Shown: piece after piece, positions 1-10,112 of the stretch
Position numbering within the stretch: the first letter of the stretch is position 1
Layout: each line of letters opens with the position of its first letter
Origin: Pyrobaculum sp. 3827-6
GTDB taxonomy: Archaea; Thermoproteota; Thermoprotei; Thermoproteales; Thermoproteaceae
DNA: 64,000 nucleotides
Direction: 5' to 3'
NCBI RefSeq assembly: GCF_025641885.1
Contig: NZ_JAOTQN010000001.1
Coordinates: 1,200,547-1,264,546, forward strand
Notes under the pieces: model-generated
Databases searched by the model: none
What the model was told of the DNA's origin: nothing
What the model saw: the letters and a program-made list of their open reading frames with translations, nothing else
Position numbers and translations under genes: made by a program

Positions 1-851
1 ATCCACGCCCCCGCGGCCGCCGGGCTTATAACACCCGCCTTAACTAGAGAAATCCCAACCCAGGGCAGTATGACAAGCTCCACCGCCGCGTATATTAAAA
101 TCGCCGCCGAGACCATGGTGGGGTAGATGGCAGGCGCGCCGATGGCGCCAGCCGCCGCAATTGAGGCCGAGACGCCGCAGACGCCGACCCCAACCGCGGC
201 CACGACGCTGAGATCCGTATTCCTTGTGAACAGTCTAAATATTGGAAATGCGAGAAGCATAAACACCGGAAATGACATCAATACCATAGTCAAAACGGTG
301 CCGCCGTACCTAATCCAGTCGGTAAACAGGATCTTAGCGCCGAGGAGTACAATTGCCGTCTTTATAAACCACTCCCCTCTGGCAGAGCCCAGCAGCCACT
401 GAGGCACTCTGGGCAAATTCCCTAGCAACATCCCCACAAACAGCGCCAGAGTAAAGGCAAACTCGGTGGTAACCACGTCGGCAATAGGCTTGTAGCCGAT
501 AACAAAGGCGCATAGCCACCAAAGCCAGTAAACTACGGAAAAGCCCCTCACCCAGTCGCCGAACTTGACGCCGATCAACTTCGCCGGGCCCGCCAGCAAC
601 AACATCAACACAAGCCAAGCCACCACTAGGTTAACCCACGGAGAGCCGAACACAAGTTTTGGATTAGGAACGGCGAACGCCTTACCGGGGTCAGTCCACT
701 TAGTCCACATAGGCACCCACCCCAGCGCGTCGGCATACGCCCAAAATCCAATAAATGCGTAAAAGAACAAAACAAGTCCAAGCCACAGCGCCCACCAATC
801 CTCCTTTTTCCAGAGAGAACTCCAGTCAATTTTCTTTTGTTGCTGGGACAT
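1..851 (-). CDS. Integral membrane protein, 3' end beyond window start (partial)
   Basis: Minus-strand ATG at 851. My manual translation, MSQQQKKIDWSSLWKKEDWWALWLGLVLFFYAFIGFWAYADALGWVPMWTKW..., runs without a stop to position 1 and is hydrophobic helix-rich. It is absent from the ORF track, probably because it has no in-window stop. It explains the overlapping low-complexity ORFs at 127-829. Confidence 0.45.
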   Translation of the reverse strand, partial: MSQQQKKIDWSSLWKKEDWWALWLGLVLFFYAFIGFWAYADALGWVPMWTKWTDPGKAFAVPNPKLVFGSPWVNLVVAWLVLMLLLAGPAKLIGVKFGDWVRGFSVVYWLWWLCAFVIGYKPIADVVTTEFAFTLALFVGMLLGNLPRVPQWLLGSARGEWFIKTAIVLLGAKILFTDWIRYGGTVLTMVLMSFPVFMLLAFPIFRLFTRNTDLSVVAAVGVGVCGVSASIAAAGAIGAPAIYPTMVSAAILIYAAVELVILPWVGISLVKAGVISPAAAGAW

Positions 852-958
852 ATGTATCCTGTACTTTTCGTTTAATAAATTTTATTACACAACTTCAAGT
901 AATATATTGAATCAAACTTAAATATAATATTCTTATTACTGAATATCAAAATATATAA

Positions 959-1453
959 TTAATACAGAAAGTTGATCTTAAGAGAATCTTTAACCCAATT
1001 CAAGTATTCATATAGATTTTCGGTGAGTATCATATATGCGATTTGATCCCAATGGAACATGGCATCTCCAGGCGGGATGGTGACTATAAGCGCAGGTGCT
1101 ACAAGACCCTTTGTACACTCAATGGGCATCAACGCAAATATAAAATTAGTTTTGAAGCCTCGCCAAGGGATATCTTCCTTAATTATTGATATGCTAGATT
1201 TGTCAAAAATTTCATTGCAAAATTTATCTACTACTAGTTTCTTATCAAGAATAAAAACTAGTAGATATTCATTATTTTCCAACTTTGAAATGATATATAA
1301 CTGATATTGGGGAACATAGAAAAACTCTTCCTCTTTAGTTTGATATGAAAGAAAAAAATTAAGAGTTTTTGGCTGGATGATTTTAAATTGCATCTCTAAA
1401 GCCTTTGAATATATACTCGCCACGGGCTCTATAAGTGAGATAGGTGCGCGCAA
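959..1453 (-). CDS. Hypothetical protein, AT-rich, immediately downstream of dsrB
   Basis: 164-aa ORF in a strongly AT-rich stretch (880-1400) that contrasts with the GC-rich flanks. It overlaps the dsrB 3' end, so the true start may be the internal Met near 1393. I recognised no family. Confidence 0.35.
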   Translation of the reverse strand: MRAPISLIEPVASIYSKALEMQFKIIQPKTLNFFLSYQTKEEEFFYVPQYQLYIISKLENNEYLLVFILDKKLVVDKFCNEIFDKSSISIIKEDIPWRGFKTNFIFALMPIECTKGLVAPALIVTIPPGDAMFHWDQIAYMILTENLYEYLNWVKDSLKINFLY

Positions 1454-2516
1454 TGTCTGGCATCCACATGTACTCTGCTATAGGCCTCGGCACGCCTACT
1501 AAGTCCAGGAATTTAGCCCATCCAATCCTATCGATGAAGTCGGCTAGTCTCTCGCCTGGTTTGGCGTTCTGGCGCCATACCTCTACTACCTGCTTGACGA
1601 CAGCCACAATTTCCTCGTACCGAGGTGGGTTCGCCGGTAGCCATGGTATTAAGTTACGTGCCAGTCTTGGGCCGCCGCCTGAATTTGACATTCTACCCCC
1701 TACTAGGATAGCTACGCCAACATCTTTAGGATCGTAGTCAAATGCATCACAATTATCTTTACATCTGCCGCAGTTAATACACTTCTCACCAACCAATACT
1801 AATTTAATCTGGCCGTCTTGTCTCCTCAGAGTCAACGCACCCGTGGGACACACCTGCACTAGGAATATCTGCGACTCGGGTATTTTGGCGAGCGCCTTAG
1901 GCGGCGGCATACATAATGGTAAGACTTCTTCTCTTATTTTGGGCGGGGCTCCCCACATCCCCACAATTGCGATATCGGTGGCGGTGCCGCCGGCACACCC
2001 AGAGGGACAGCCGGAGATGAATATCCTTAGCTTGGCTGGCAACGGTATCTCGCCTGTAAAGTAAGGCTTTAAGGCGTCTCCAAGCGCTTTCCCTATACTC
2101 GGAGCGTCTACTACTCCTATCTGACATGTTAGAAATGCGGTACATGTATTTATGCCCCACATGGCACCCCTCCAGCCGCCTACTGGGAATCCCATTTTCT
2201 CCACCTCTTCCTTTATCTTTTGGGCCTTTTCTAAACTATCAGTGATGAATTCAACGTTGCCAGCTACTGTTATTCTTAATGCGCCCACGCCATATTTATC
2301 TGCAATATCTGCAAATTTTTCTAACGTATCTGCGCTTACCCTCGCATTTGGGGGCAACGCCACTTTTATTGTAAATACTCTTTCGCCCGTTTCTGAGATA
2401 TGTTCAATAATTCCGGACCCGTGGAACTTCCTCTCTTTCCATTTGCCGTAATTACGTTTTATTATCTCAGGAAGGAATCTCTCGACTTCAGTTGGGTATT
2501 TCAGCTCTATGCTCAT
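1383..2516 (-). CDS. dsrB: Dissimilatory sulfite reductase beta subunit
   Basis: 377 aa with a ferredoxin-like 4Fe-4S insert (CINCGRCKDNCDAF) and sulfite/nitrite reductase siroheme-binding Cys motifs (GCPSGCAG). It is the second gene of an AB pair and overlaps dsrA by 4 nt. Confidence 0.88.
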   Translation of the reverse strand: MSIELKYPTEVERFLPEIIKRNYGKWKERKFHGSGIIEHISETGERVFTIKVALPPNARVSADTLEKFADIADKYGVGALRITVAGNVEFITDSLEKAQKIKEEVEKMGFPVGGWRGAMWGINTCTAFLTCQIGVVDAPSIGKALGDALKPYFTGEIPLPAKLRIFISGCPSGCAGGTATDIAIVGMWGAPPKIREEVLPLCMPPPKALAKIPESQIFLVQVCPTGALTLRRQDGQIKLVLVGEKCINCGRCKDNCDAFDYDPKDVGVAILVGGRMSNSGGGPRLARNLIPWLPANPPRYEEIVAVVKQVVEVWRQNAKPGERLADFIDRIGWAKFLDLVGVPRPIAEYMWMPDIARTYLTYRARGEYIFKGFRDAI

Positions 2517-3751
2517 ACCCTCACCAACTGCTTAACTTTTTCGGCAAATTCTGCAAATTTCTTACGCTCTTCCTCTGGCAATACTCTATAGGGCACATTA
2601 TCTGGCAGTTTCTCGACGTATTTCGGCGTATCTTCTAAGCTAATACCAGCTTTTTCTATAAATCTGTATAATCCCTCCATGAGAATATAATCGCCAAGTC
2701 TATACTTTGCCTGCGCCTCCTCGTCCCACGGCTTAATTACTTTAAATGTGACATCTATTGCCTTATCAACCTCATCAGGTTTTAAGAATCCAATAAACCA
2801 GCCGAGTTTGGGGCCGTAACGCCCCTTACTACCCCCACCGACTACTACTGCTACTCTCTTTTCTTTACCTGGCTTAATAGCGGGGAACGCCGCCCTAATG
2901 CAGTGCATCGATTTTTTACACCGTGCCCCATCTATCTTGAGCTCTTTCTTAGCAGGATCCCAGCTGATTGCGCCGCTTGGACAGTTCGCCACAAGTTTCT
3001 CTGGATCTACCTCGCCGTTCTCAATCTTCTTCCTTAATAGTTCTTGATCTACCTCGGGCGCGCCTTTCCAAACACCTATAAATCCGATATCTCCTCTATT
3101 TGCCCTTGCGCAATCCATTGGACAGCCTGACAACTTTATCTTGAACTTATACGGATAGCCTGGAACGGCGGTGGCGTCATGTACACGCTTGTCTTTTCTA
3201 AACGCAACTAACCAGTTTAGTGTATCATAAAGTGCGAATTCGCACAGAGCAGGACCTACACATGCGTTTAATTCTCTAATCGCGTCGCCGCTCCCGCCGA
3301 CGTCTGTCCCTATCTCTCTGAGTGTATCAATCATTTTATCTCCCAAGTCTTTGCTCTTTACATTGATCACCATTGCACCAGTTTGCCCCACAGCTTCAAT
3401 TAAACCGACGCCATATTCCCTGGATATTTGGATAATCTTTCTAAGGTAGTCTGTAGGTAGAAATCTCCCGGGCGTGTGGAATACTCTGAAGTGAACCTCC
3501 TCCCCACCTCCTGGGACCCAGTCTCTGGCGATTCTGGCCAAGACGCCTGTAAGACGTTTTGCCTTAACGGCACTGGGGCCCCAAGGGCTTTTCCTAGCCA
3601 CTAGACCCACACCGTATACCCGCACCGGATAACCGGTCTTTTTCAACTCGCTTACATGGCTAGGCCATGGCCCTTTTTCAAGTTCAGCCAGGTATTCGTC
3701 GGCTTTTTCTAGAAGCTTTTCTGGCGGTGGTAATCCGGGTGGAGCTGCCAT
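2513..3751 (-). CDS. dsrA: Dissimilatory sulfite reductase alpha subunit
   Basis: 412 aa with Cys clusters typical of DsrA (SGCPMDCARANRGDIGFIGVW, ANCPSGA, CKKSMHC). It is upstream of and translationally coupled to dsrB. Confidence 0.88.
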   Translation of the reverse strand: MAAPPGLPPPEKLLEKADEYLAELEKGPWPSHVSELKKTGYPVRVYGVGLVARKSPWGPSAVKAKRLTGVLARIARDWVPGGGEEVHFRVFHTPGRFLPTDYLRKIIQISREYGVGLIEAVGQTGAMVINVKSKDLGDKMIDTLREIGTDVGGSGDAIRELNACVGPALCEFALYDTLNWLVAFRKDKRVHDATAVPGYPYKFKIKLSGCPMDCARANRGDIGFIGVWKGAPEVDQELLRKKIENGEVDPEKLVANCPSGAISWDPAKKELKIDGARCKKSMHCIRAAFPAIKPGKEKRVAVVVGGGSKGRYGPKLGWFIGFLKPDEVDKAIDVTFKVIKPWDEEAQAKYRLGDYILMEGLYRFIEKAGISLEDTPKYVEKLPDNVPYRVLPEEERKKFAEFAEKVKQLVRV

Positions 3752-3838
3752 GAGAAATCTTAACTAAATTCCTAAAAAGACTTGTTACTCGTAATTAAGA
3801 AATAGATCTGTAGAGAATAGTAGAAAGGTTGTGATAAC

Positions 3839-4333
3839 CTATATTTCTTTAGCGGATTTGCCCAGCGCCTTTAGTAAAACCAGTGTTATGTAAAGCCCCC
3901 TCCTTACCTCGGCATCATTTAGAAGAGATATAAGTGTACGTATAGATATTTTCTTGTCTTCCTTAGCCTCAACAAGTGCTTTTTCTAACTCTGGATCTGC
4001 TAATGCCCTGCCGATTACCTCTACTAGCGATGTTCTTGTCAAACCGTCAATCAAAAGGCCGAGGGGTCTTATTACATTTTTGGCAAGTTCATCTACCATT
4101 CTGTCAGTAACTACATCATGTAACATAGCAATAGTGGCGAGAAGCTCTACTACGTGATCCAATACGCCGGATCTCACTAGGTATTCAGCGGCTCCCCATA
4201 GTTGTTGCTCGACAACCTCTCTAGGCACTGTAGGCATGGATTTTCCTGAGGGCGTAGCTACTATTCTGTCTACGGCAAGCCACTTGCGCCGGATCTCCTC
4301 GGACAGATACTCTTTCACCTGCGTTTCTGTCAT
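3839..4333 (-). CDS. DUF1641-like protein coupled to the flavoprotein oxidoreductase
   Basis: ATGA start/stop overlap with the upstream flavoprotein gene at 4330-4333. The 165-aa helical protein resembles DUF1641 proteins, which commonly follow SQR/NDH-II-type flavoproteins. This is a recalled association, not a search result. Confidence 0.45.
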   Translation of the reverse strand: MTETQVKEYLSEEIRRKWLAVDRIVATPSGKSMPTVPREVVEQQLWGAAEYLVRSGVLDHVVELLATIAMLHDVVTDRMVDELAKNVIRPLGLLIDGLTRTSLVEVIGRALADPELEKALVEAKEDKKISIRTLISLLNDAEVRRGLYITLVLLKALGKSAKEI

Positions 4334-5520
4334 ATTAACCCTCTGAGTGTAAGCGGTATAGAGAGGTAGTACATCCTTATTAAATACCAGCCCCATCTAT
4401 TGCCTATAAACGGCCTTGCGTTTTTTACATATGTCCACCAGGGCATCCACGCCGCGCCTTTCTCAGCTGGGGAATACACAGCACCTAGATAGGGACAGAT
4501 AGTCTCGCCGTAAAAGATCCACTTATCGCCGTGGCCCTTAATTTCGCTAGCAATGTTGTGAGAAACCACAATTGCCTCATAGTGCGCCACCGAGCCGGCT
4601 CTGGTAACGCCAATGTCGGCGACATCGCCTACGATAAACACATCGTCGTAATGTTCTTTCCCCTTTCTGTACGTCAGATTATATCTATCGCCCGGTACTA
4701 AATTAAAGGGATTCCCTATGCCGGAGTCCCCTATGACTCGAGGCCCTCGATGTGGAGGTACTGTTATAAGTAAGTCGTATTTTATCTTTTCACCTTTAGT
4801 AGATATCAATACCTTGTTTTTAGCATCTACTCGCTCTGGCTCAAATTCGTAGATGTACTCCATGCCTCGGATTTTTAACATTTCTTCCAGTACTTTATTG
4901 ACCTCAGGCTGGGCGTGTAGGTGGTCTTGCGTAGTCGCCACAATTATCTTGTACCTCCCCTTCAGCATCCTTACATTGCTTAGATATGAATCTATCAAAA
5001 GAGGCGCCTTGCCGGAGGTTATTGGACATTTCATTGATACGTCAAGCATTGCTAAAAGCTGTACTATTGTGCCGCCTGTGAATTCTTGTAGTAGTTTTCT
5101 TACTTCCTTAGCGCCTTCGAAGGTATAGTAAGTATGATAATCGTCAAGGAGACCCGGCACCAGCGACGGCTCGTAGGAACACCCAAGAGCTATGACCAAA
5201 TAATCGTATGTATAGCTCTTCCCCTTTGCCGTAGTAATTGTCCGGTTTTTTAAATCTATTTTGACTACATTACCTTCATCTCCTAAAAAGGCTTTAATTT
5301 TAGGATCAAGTATTTTAGTTTTATCATATATAAGATCTTCCTCATCATATGCCCCAGCTATATACGGCACAAATGCTGCTTCAAAATAATAAGTTTTTGA
5401 TTTGTCGAAAATCATTAACTCAACCTCCCCTTTTACAATTTCTCTGCGCAAATCTCTGGCTAAGCTATTTGCAACTATCATTCCACCAGTCCCTGCCCCA
5501 AGGACAATAATTTTTTTCAT
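4330..5520 (-). CDS. FAD-dependent pyridine nucleotide-disulfide oxidoreductase (sulfide:quinone oxidoreductase / NDH-II-like)
   Basis: N-terminal Rossmann fold MKKIIVLGAGTGGMIVANSLA and a second dinucleotide motif (VATTQD..) in a 396-aa protein. It lies between dsrC and dsrAB. Confidence 0.8.
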   Translation of the reverse strand: MKKIIVLGAGTGGMIVANSLARDLRREIVKGEVELMIFDKSKTYYFEAAFVPYIAGAYDEEDLIYDKTKILDPKIKAFLGDEGNVVKIDLKNRTITTAKGKSYTYDYLVIALGCSYEPSLVPGLLDDYHTYYTFEGAKEVRKLLQEFTGGTIVQLLAMLDVSMKCPITSGKAPLLIDSYLSNVRMLKGRYKIIVATTQDHLHAQPEVNKVLEEMLKIRGMEYIYEFEPERVDAKNKVLISTKGEKIKYDLLITVPPHRGPRVIGDSGIGNPFNLVPGDRYNLTYRKGKEHYDDVFIVGDVADIGVTRAGSVAHYEAIVVSHNIASEIKGHGDKWIFYGETICPYLGAVYSPAEKGAAWMPWWTYVKNARPFIGNRWGWYLIRMYYLSIPLTLRGLI

Positions 5521-5542
5521 AGATTACAAAAAAAGCGCAGTT

Positions 5543-5878
5543 TTACACACAACCTGTTGGCTTAGGCGCTCCAGCTATTTTACAAGCGCCGTTTGCAGGG
5601 CCTGAGGGAAAGAGCTGGTATATTCTTTCAAGCGTGTTTCCTGTTTCTTTTAGCAACATCTTTATAGGCGGACATACGCCGTAGGTTTCCCAGTACTCTC
5701 TGAGATACTTAACTACTTTCCAATGATCATCTGTCATTTGTTGTATTCCCTCTAACTCACGCGCTAGCCATTCTGCTACTTTCTCATTCCACGCCTCTGG
5801 ATTTTGCATAAAACACTCCTCGTCTAATATTACAACAACATCATCAACCTTGTATTCCCCCGGGCATTTCACTGGCAT
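5543..5878 (-). CDS. dsrC: DsrC/TusE-family sulfur-relay protein
   Basis: 111 aa. The C-terminal arm ...NGACKIAGAPKPTGCV carries two conserved Cys, the penultimate CV being characteristic of DsrC. It lies 22 nt upstream of the flavoprotein gene. Confidence 0.85.
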   Translation of the reverse strand: MPVKCPGEYKVDDVVVILDEECFMQNPEAWNEKVAEWLARELEGIQQMTDDHWKVVKYLREYWETYGVCPPIKMLLKETGNTLERIYQLFPSGPANGACKIAGAPKPTGCV

Positions 5879-5964
5879 GCCACCTCTACTTAAGAGTAGT
5901 ATAAAAGGATCATTACTCTATTTTGAGTAATTATGTAACATGAAAGAAAACTACGATCCTTCCG

Positions 5965-6627
5965 CTATGTATGTTTACATTTACGAATAATTATCAACAA
6001 AGGTCTTACTCCTTGGAATTTATCTAATTCATCTACATTAACTATTTTAATACAACCTCCCCCTATTGTAATTGCATAACATATATATATTTCAACATTT
6101 TTCTCACAATTTTGTATTACAGCTGTCTTTACCATATCTAGTCTTTCGCCCATCATAAAAATTACGGCGGTGTCTGCTGCAACCTTGTTAAGGATTTCTG
6201 AGTTAAAATGAGGAAAAGAGAAGAGAGCTATATGTCTTAGCGATACGCCGTCTGTAAGCTCTATTTTGTACAACGCTGCAGCTGCCGTAAAGGCACTGAT
6301 GCCCGGCACTATTTGGCAGGACACTCCCCTATTTTCGGCTTTTTTACATATCTGTACTCCTCTGCCAAAGATAGAGGGATCTCCATTTTTCAGAATCACA
6401 ACATTCCGATCCCTAGCCTCTTCTATTAACTGTTCCACTATCGTATCATGTTCTTCTTTTCTGTGTCCAATTTTTACCCTCTTGGCGCTTGGAGCGTAAA
6501 GCGTAACGATTTCTTCAGGCACGAGATCGCCGTAGGCTACGACGTCTGCTTGACGCAGTAACTCCACTGCCTTAACCGTTAGCAGGCTCGGGTCGCCGGG
6601 GCCCGCCCCCACTACGTAGATCGGCAT
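5965..6627 (-). CDS. cobA: Uroporphyrinogen-III C-methyltransferase (SUMT, precorrin-2 synthesis for siroheme)
   Basis: Tetrapyrrole methylase motifs VVGAGPGDPSLLTVKAVELLRQADVV and GDPSIFGRG. The true start is probably the internal MPIYVVGAG (6627). The track ORF extends spuriously into dsrN. Confidence 0.85.
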   Translation of the reverse strand: MPIYVVGAGPGDPSLLTVKAVELLRQADVVAYGDLVPEEIVTLYAPSAKRVKIGHRKEEHDTIVEQLIEEARDRNVVILKNGDPSIFGRGVQICKKAENRGVSCQIVPGISAFTAAAALYKIELTDGVSLRHIALFSFPHFNSEILNKVAADTAVIFMMGERLDMVKTAVIQNCEKNVEIYICYAITIGGGCIKIVNVDELDKFQGVRPLLIIIRKCKHT

Positions 6628-7952
6628 AACGCCGCCAAGACGTTGTATGTATAGGGGTGGATGTGTAGGTACTGGGCGTGCATGTTGTGCTTCACAACGC
6701 CGTCCCACCCCCCTCCCACCCCCACGCCCCTCTCCAGCTTAATGACGAGATTCGGCTTCTCCCTAAAGATAATCTTAGAGTAGTGGAACTCGTGGCCCAC
6801 CAGCCTCGTCCCCCGGGGCGCCACTGGGGTATCCCCCACCACCTGCCCCCAGACGTATCCCTTGCCCACCGGCCTGTCCAGCATCACCGTGACGGCGTCT
6901 ATGGCGCCCACCATCTCGTACTCGCTACGATCGATAACTATAGAGGAGGTCATGTACATAAGGCCTCCGCACTCGGCGTACAGCCTCCCCCCCGACTCCA
7001 CATAGCGCAGGAGGGCTTTTCTAAAGGGCTTGTTCCGCTCCAGCTCCTCAGCCAGCACTTCGGGGAATCCGCCACCCACCACGACGAGATCCACCGGCGG
7101 CAGCGCTTGATCCCTCAGCGAATTTATGAAGACAGGCTCCCCCACCGACGCCGCGGCCTCGAGGAGCTCTGGGTAGTAGAAGGTGAAGGCGCGGTCCATT
7201 ATAATACCCAACCTGCAGTTGCCGCCAGCGGGGGGGTCAGCCTCGGGTTCTTCGTCCAGCTCCCCAGCCCTCTTGGCGATAGACAGAATCCCGTCGAGGT
7301 CGAGGTAGGGCACCACGTAGCTCTCCAACACGTCTAAGACGCCGCCTGCGTCGCCTCTCTCGCCGGTGGGGACTAGACCTAGGTGCCGGTAGGCGAAGGC
7401 CTCGGCCACTTTCTTCGACTTTGGCACAACGCCCACAATCTCCACGCCCTCCTCGGGGAGGGCCTTGACAAGCTTCTCCGCCTGCCTGGGGGTGACGTTT
7501 GTCAATATTACGCCAGCCACGTCCACGCCGGGGTCAAAAGCCTTGAGGCCTCTGACGACGGCGCGTAGCGTCCTGTTTACCCTCTCGCCGTTTAGCACCA
7601 CCACCACCGGGGCCTTGAGCAACTTCGCCACCTGCGCCGTGGAGCCCAACTCGGAGACGCCGTCTACCGAGTCGTAGAGGCCGAGCACGCCCTCCACCAC
7701 GGCCAAGTCGGCGCCAGCGGCGTACTTCACAAACCTCCTCCTCACCCCATCCTCGCCCATCAACACCACGTCGAGATTTCTGCCAGCCACCCCGGCGGCA
7801 AGGCTATGGTAGGAGGGGTCTATGTAGTCGGGCCCCACCTTGAAGGGCGCCACCCTCAGCCCTCTGCGGGCGAGGCCGTACAAAATGCCAAGGGTTACAA
7901 TGGTCTTGCCGGACATCCCACGGGGGGCTGATATAACAATCCTCGGAATCAC
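6612..7952 (-). CDS. dsrN: Cobyrinic acid a,c-diamide synthase homolog, probable siroheme amidase
   Basis: 446-aa CbiA/CobB-family protein with an N-terminal ATPase P-loop (SAPRGMSGKT) and a C-terminal glutamine amidotransferase domain. Its position inside the dsr/siroheme cluster matches the DsrN role known from dsr loci. Confidence 0.7.
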   Translation of the reverse strand: MIPRIVISAPRGMSGKTIVTLGILYGLARRGLRVAPFKVGPDYIDPSYHSLAAGVAGRNLDVVLMGEDGVRRRFVKYAAGADLAVVEGVLGLYDSVDGVSELGSTAQVAKLLKAPVVVVLNGERVNRTLRAVVRGLKAFDPGVDVAGVILTNVTPRQAEKLVKALPEEGVEIVGVVPKSKKVAEAFAYRHLGLVPTGERGDAGGVLDVLESYVVPYLDLDGILSIAKRAGELDEEPEADPPAGGNCRLGIIMDRAFTFYYPELLEAAASVGEPVFINSLRDQALPPVDLVVVGGGFPEVLAEELERNKPFRKALLRYVESGGRLYAECGGLMYMTSSIVIDRSEYEMVGAIDAVTVMLDRPVGKGYVWGQVVGDTPVAPRGTRLVGHEFHYSKIIFREKPNLVIKLERGVGVGGGWDGVVKHNMHAQYLHIHPYTYNVLAALCRST

Positions 7953-8001
7953 GGGCCAACGGGCGCATCATTTAAAAATCTTTATTACTAATAATAGGCT
8001 A

Positions 8002-8592
8002 CTACCTCCTCCTAGCCCTCACCCTCAGAATTCCGGGCGCCGTCACTATGTCCACTATTCCGTAGCCCAGATCCTCCAGCATGCATCTAACCGCCGACGC
8101 CGTCACCTCCACGCTCTCTATGCTGTAGCCTACGCCGATTGTGTCTATTGTGAACTCCCCGCCCTCGGCCTTTATCTCGAACCTCCTCGCCGGCACGACG
8201 TTTGCGAGGTACCTGGCGAAATATGCCGCGTTCTCTAGCGTGCCAAACACTGCCTTTACATATCCCGCGATCATCCTTCCGGCTTCGCACCAAATCGTCG
8301 TCGCTGTCTCTTTATTCATCTTGAACATCTCCACAACCATCTTGTCCAGGAGGCGGCCGGGGAGGGGGACAGTCTCAAGCTCAGTCATCACCTTGTAGAA
8401 GGTGGCTATGTCCCTGATCTGCTGCACCGAGAAGCCTTCCCTGATCAGCGCAAGGCCGACGCTGAGTATCTGGTTAGCCAGGGCGAACTGGGTGTAGCCC
8501 ATGGACTCCGCGGTCTTCGCCAAATCTTCAGCCACGTCCCTAGCCACTGCGATGTTTACTCTGTCCTTCCTGACACTCATAGAATCTCCCAA
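8002..8592 (-). CDS. Hypothetical protein upstream of dsrN
   Basis: Clean 196-aa ORF with codon usage like its neighbours. I recognised no family. It is a possible first gene of the dsr operon. Confidence 0.5.
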   Translation of the reverse strand: MGDSMSVRKDRVNIAVARDVAEDLAKTAESMGYTQFALANQILSVGLALIREGFSVQQIRDIATFYKVMTELETVPLPGRLLDKMVVEMFKMNKETATTIWCEAGRMIAGYVKAVFGTLENAAYFARYLANVVPARRFEIKAEGGEFTIDTIGVGYSIESVEVTASAVRCMLEDLGYGIVDIVTAPGILRVRARRR

Positions 8593-9278
8593 ATTTCAGA
8601 TATTTATAGTTAAAAGACGGGAAATAACCAGAGATAGTGCACACCTTTGGACTGGCTCAACAAGTTAATTCGCGATCTGTGTATAATTGTCTAAGACACT
8701 CCAAATCCGTCTTGTAAGCATTCTACACCATCTCCAATGGAGCCCAGAGAGCTCACAAACCCTACATGCCGCCTATGGAACCGACGCCCCCGCATACGGC
8801 GTAGATTCAAACTTGCCGTGAAGACCTGTGTCGAATTCCTCGTAGATCCACAACCCACCCTTCTCCTGCCGGAATTCGACGCATGCATTAACGCCGGGGA
8901 CGAGACGCCCCTTACACGCGGCTCATAAACCATTAGCCCGCGCTTAGCCTCGCGTTTCTGCACCCTAGACACCACATCAATACCTCTAGGTTAACCTAAG
9001 CCACAGACCGCTCCAGCTCCCCTCTCAGCTAAAGAAATAAATCTAGATATCAAGAAACGCAGTCGACTGGCGTAGAGGCCGCCGTACACACTTAGATGAC
9101 AGGTGCCTGCGTCGGGCCGGTGTTGCGTATATTCGCCCTTGAGAAGATCGCGGACCTAGATAAGCCTGCAAATGACTCTACTTGTCAGACCCAACGTCAT
9201 CGACTACGTGGAGAACAAGGGATGGGGAAACTAGTAGCGCACCACTGGGCGCTTTGTAATCAGAAAGAACCTCAGGAA

Positions 9279-9588
9279 GATGCCCGGCACCGCGGCAGTG
9301 CTAGGCGTCTTTAGCCCTAGTTGTGGAAGGCGCGCGGGGGCATTGGCGCACGTCAAGGGTGAGGCCTAAACTTCAGATACACTGGCAGAGCTGAGGACAA
9401 GGCACTCGGACTCGTGGGCTACGTCAAGAATCTTCCGGAGAGCAGGTTGGGAGTTGTGGCCTATGGCAACGAGGAGCGGGATCGTAAATTCGTGGAGAAG
9501 CTCTTAGGAGGGCTTGAGAAATGTAGAGTCACCGCGCCCTACCATGAACCTGCCGGGAGATACGACGATTTCTACGTTCAGTAGTGGT
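9279..9588 (+). pseudogene. Acylphosphatase, frameshifted
   Basis: Manual translation gives ...ALAHVKGEA* in one frame and GLNFRYTGRAEDKALGLVGYVKNLPESRLGVVAYGNEERDRKFVEKLLGGLEKCRVTAPYHEPAGRYDDFYVQ* in another. This reads as VxGxVQGVxFR ... GxVxNxxDGxVE, the acylphosphatase fold, with a small indel near 9343. Confidence 0.4.
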
Positions 9589-9740
9589 GCAGGCGGAAAG
9601 GGGGTGAGGAAAAAGGTTGTTTAATTATGTTTACTTTTTCTTTTCAGATTCTTTTTTCTTTTCTTCGGCCTTCTTTGGAGGTGCGCACATAGATGGCCAC
9701 CAAGTTCTGCAATATTTCTTTCTAAGCATTAATATTGATC

Positions 9741-10088
9741 CTATTTGCCGTGGACGCGGCTGGGGCTAAGCTTTGATACACATTCACTTATTAGATCTGC
9801 ACATTTTACGCATAGATCCCCTTTGGGATCTGTCAATCGCTTTTCTAAACAGTGGGCGCATTTGACTGCTTCAATAGAGGGGTTGCCCACGGCCTTTGCC
9901 AAGAGCGAGGGGAGGGCGTGGAGAGCCGGCGTGGGGGCATATGGGTGGTTGCCCAGCACCCCCATGAGAAGGGCCCTCACGGCGACGTAGGCGTTGTAGC
10001 AAGCCCATGAGTCGTCGCCCCGCTCGAGGCCTCTAATCGCCTCTGTCATGTGTCTATAGTGGCGCTCTATCCACTTGGGGTGGATCAC
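9741..10088 (-). CDS. HEPN-like helical protein with C-terminal CxxC..CxxC zinc ribbon
   Basis: 115 aa. The N-terminal helical region (EAIRGLERGDDSWACYNAYVAVRALLMGVLG) is HEPN-like. The C-terminus CAHCLEKRLTDPKGDLCVKCAD has four Cys. Confidence 0.4.
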   Translation of the reverse strand: MIHPKWIERHYRHMTEAIRGLERGDDSWACYNAYVAVRALLMGVLGNHPYAPTPALHALPSLLAKAVGNPSIEAVKCAHCLEKRLTDPKGDLCVKCADLISECVSKLSPSRVHGK

Positions 10089-10112
10089 GGGGGAAGATCT
10101 ATATAGCTACTT

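Noticed and set aside
127-829. Track ORFs at the window start: 127..402 +, 334..618 -, 565..762 +, 626..829 -
   Set aside because: Low-complexity, Ala/Pro/Arg-rich translations. A continuous hydrophobic minus-strand reading frame from 851 to the window edge, in a third frame, explains the region better.
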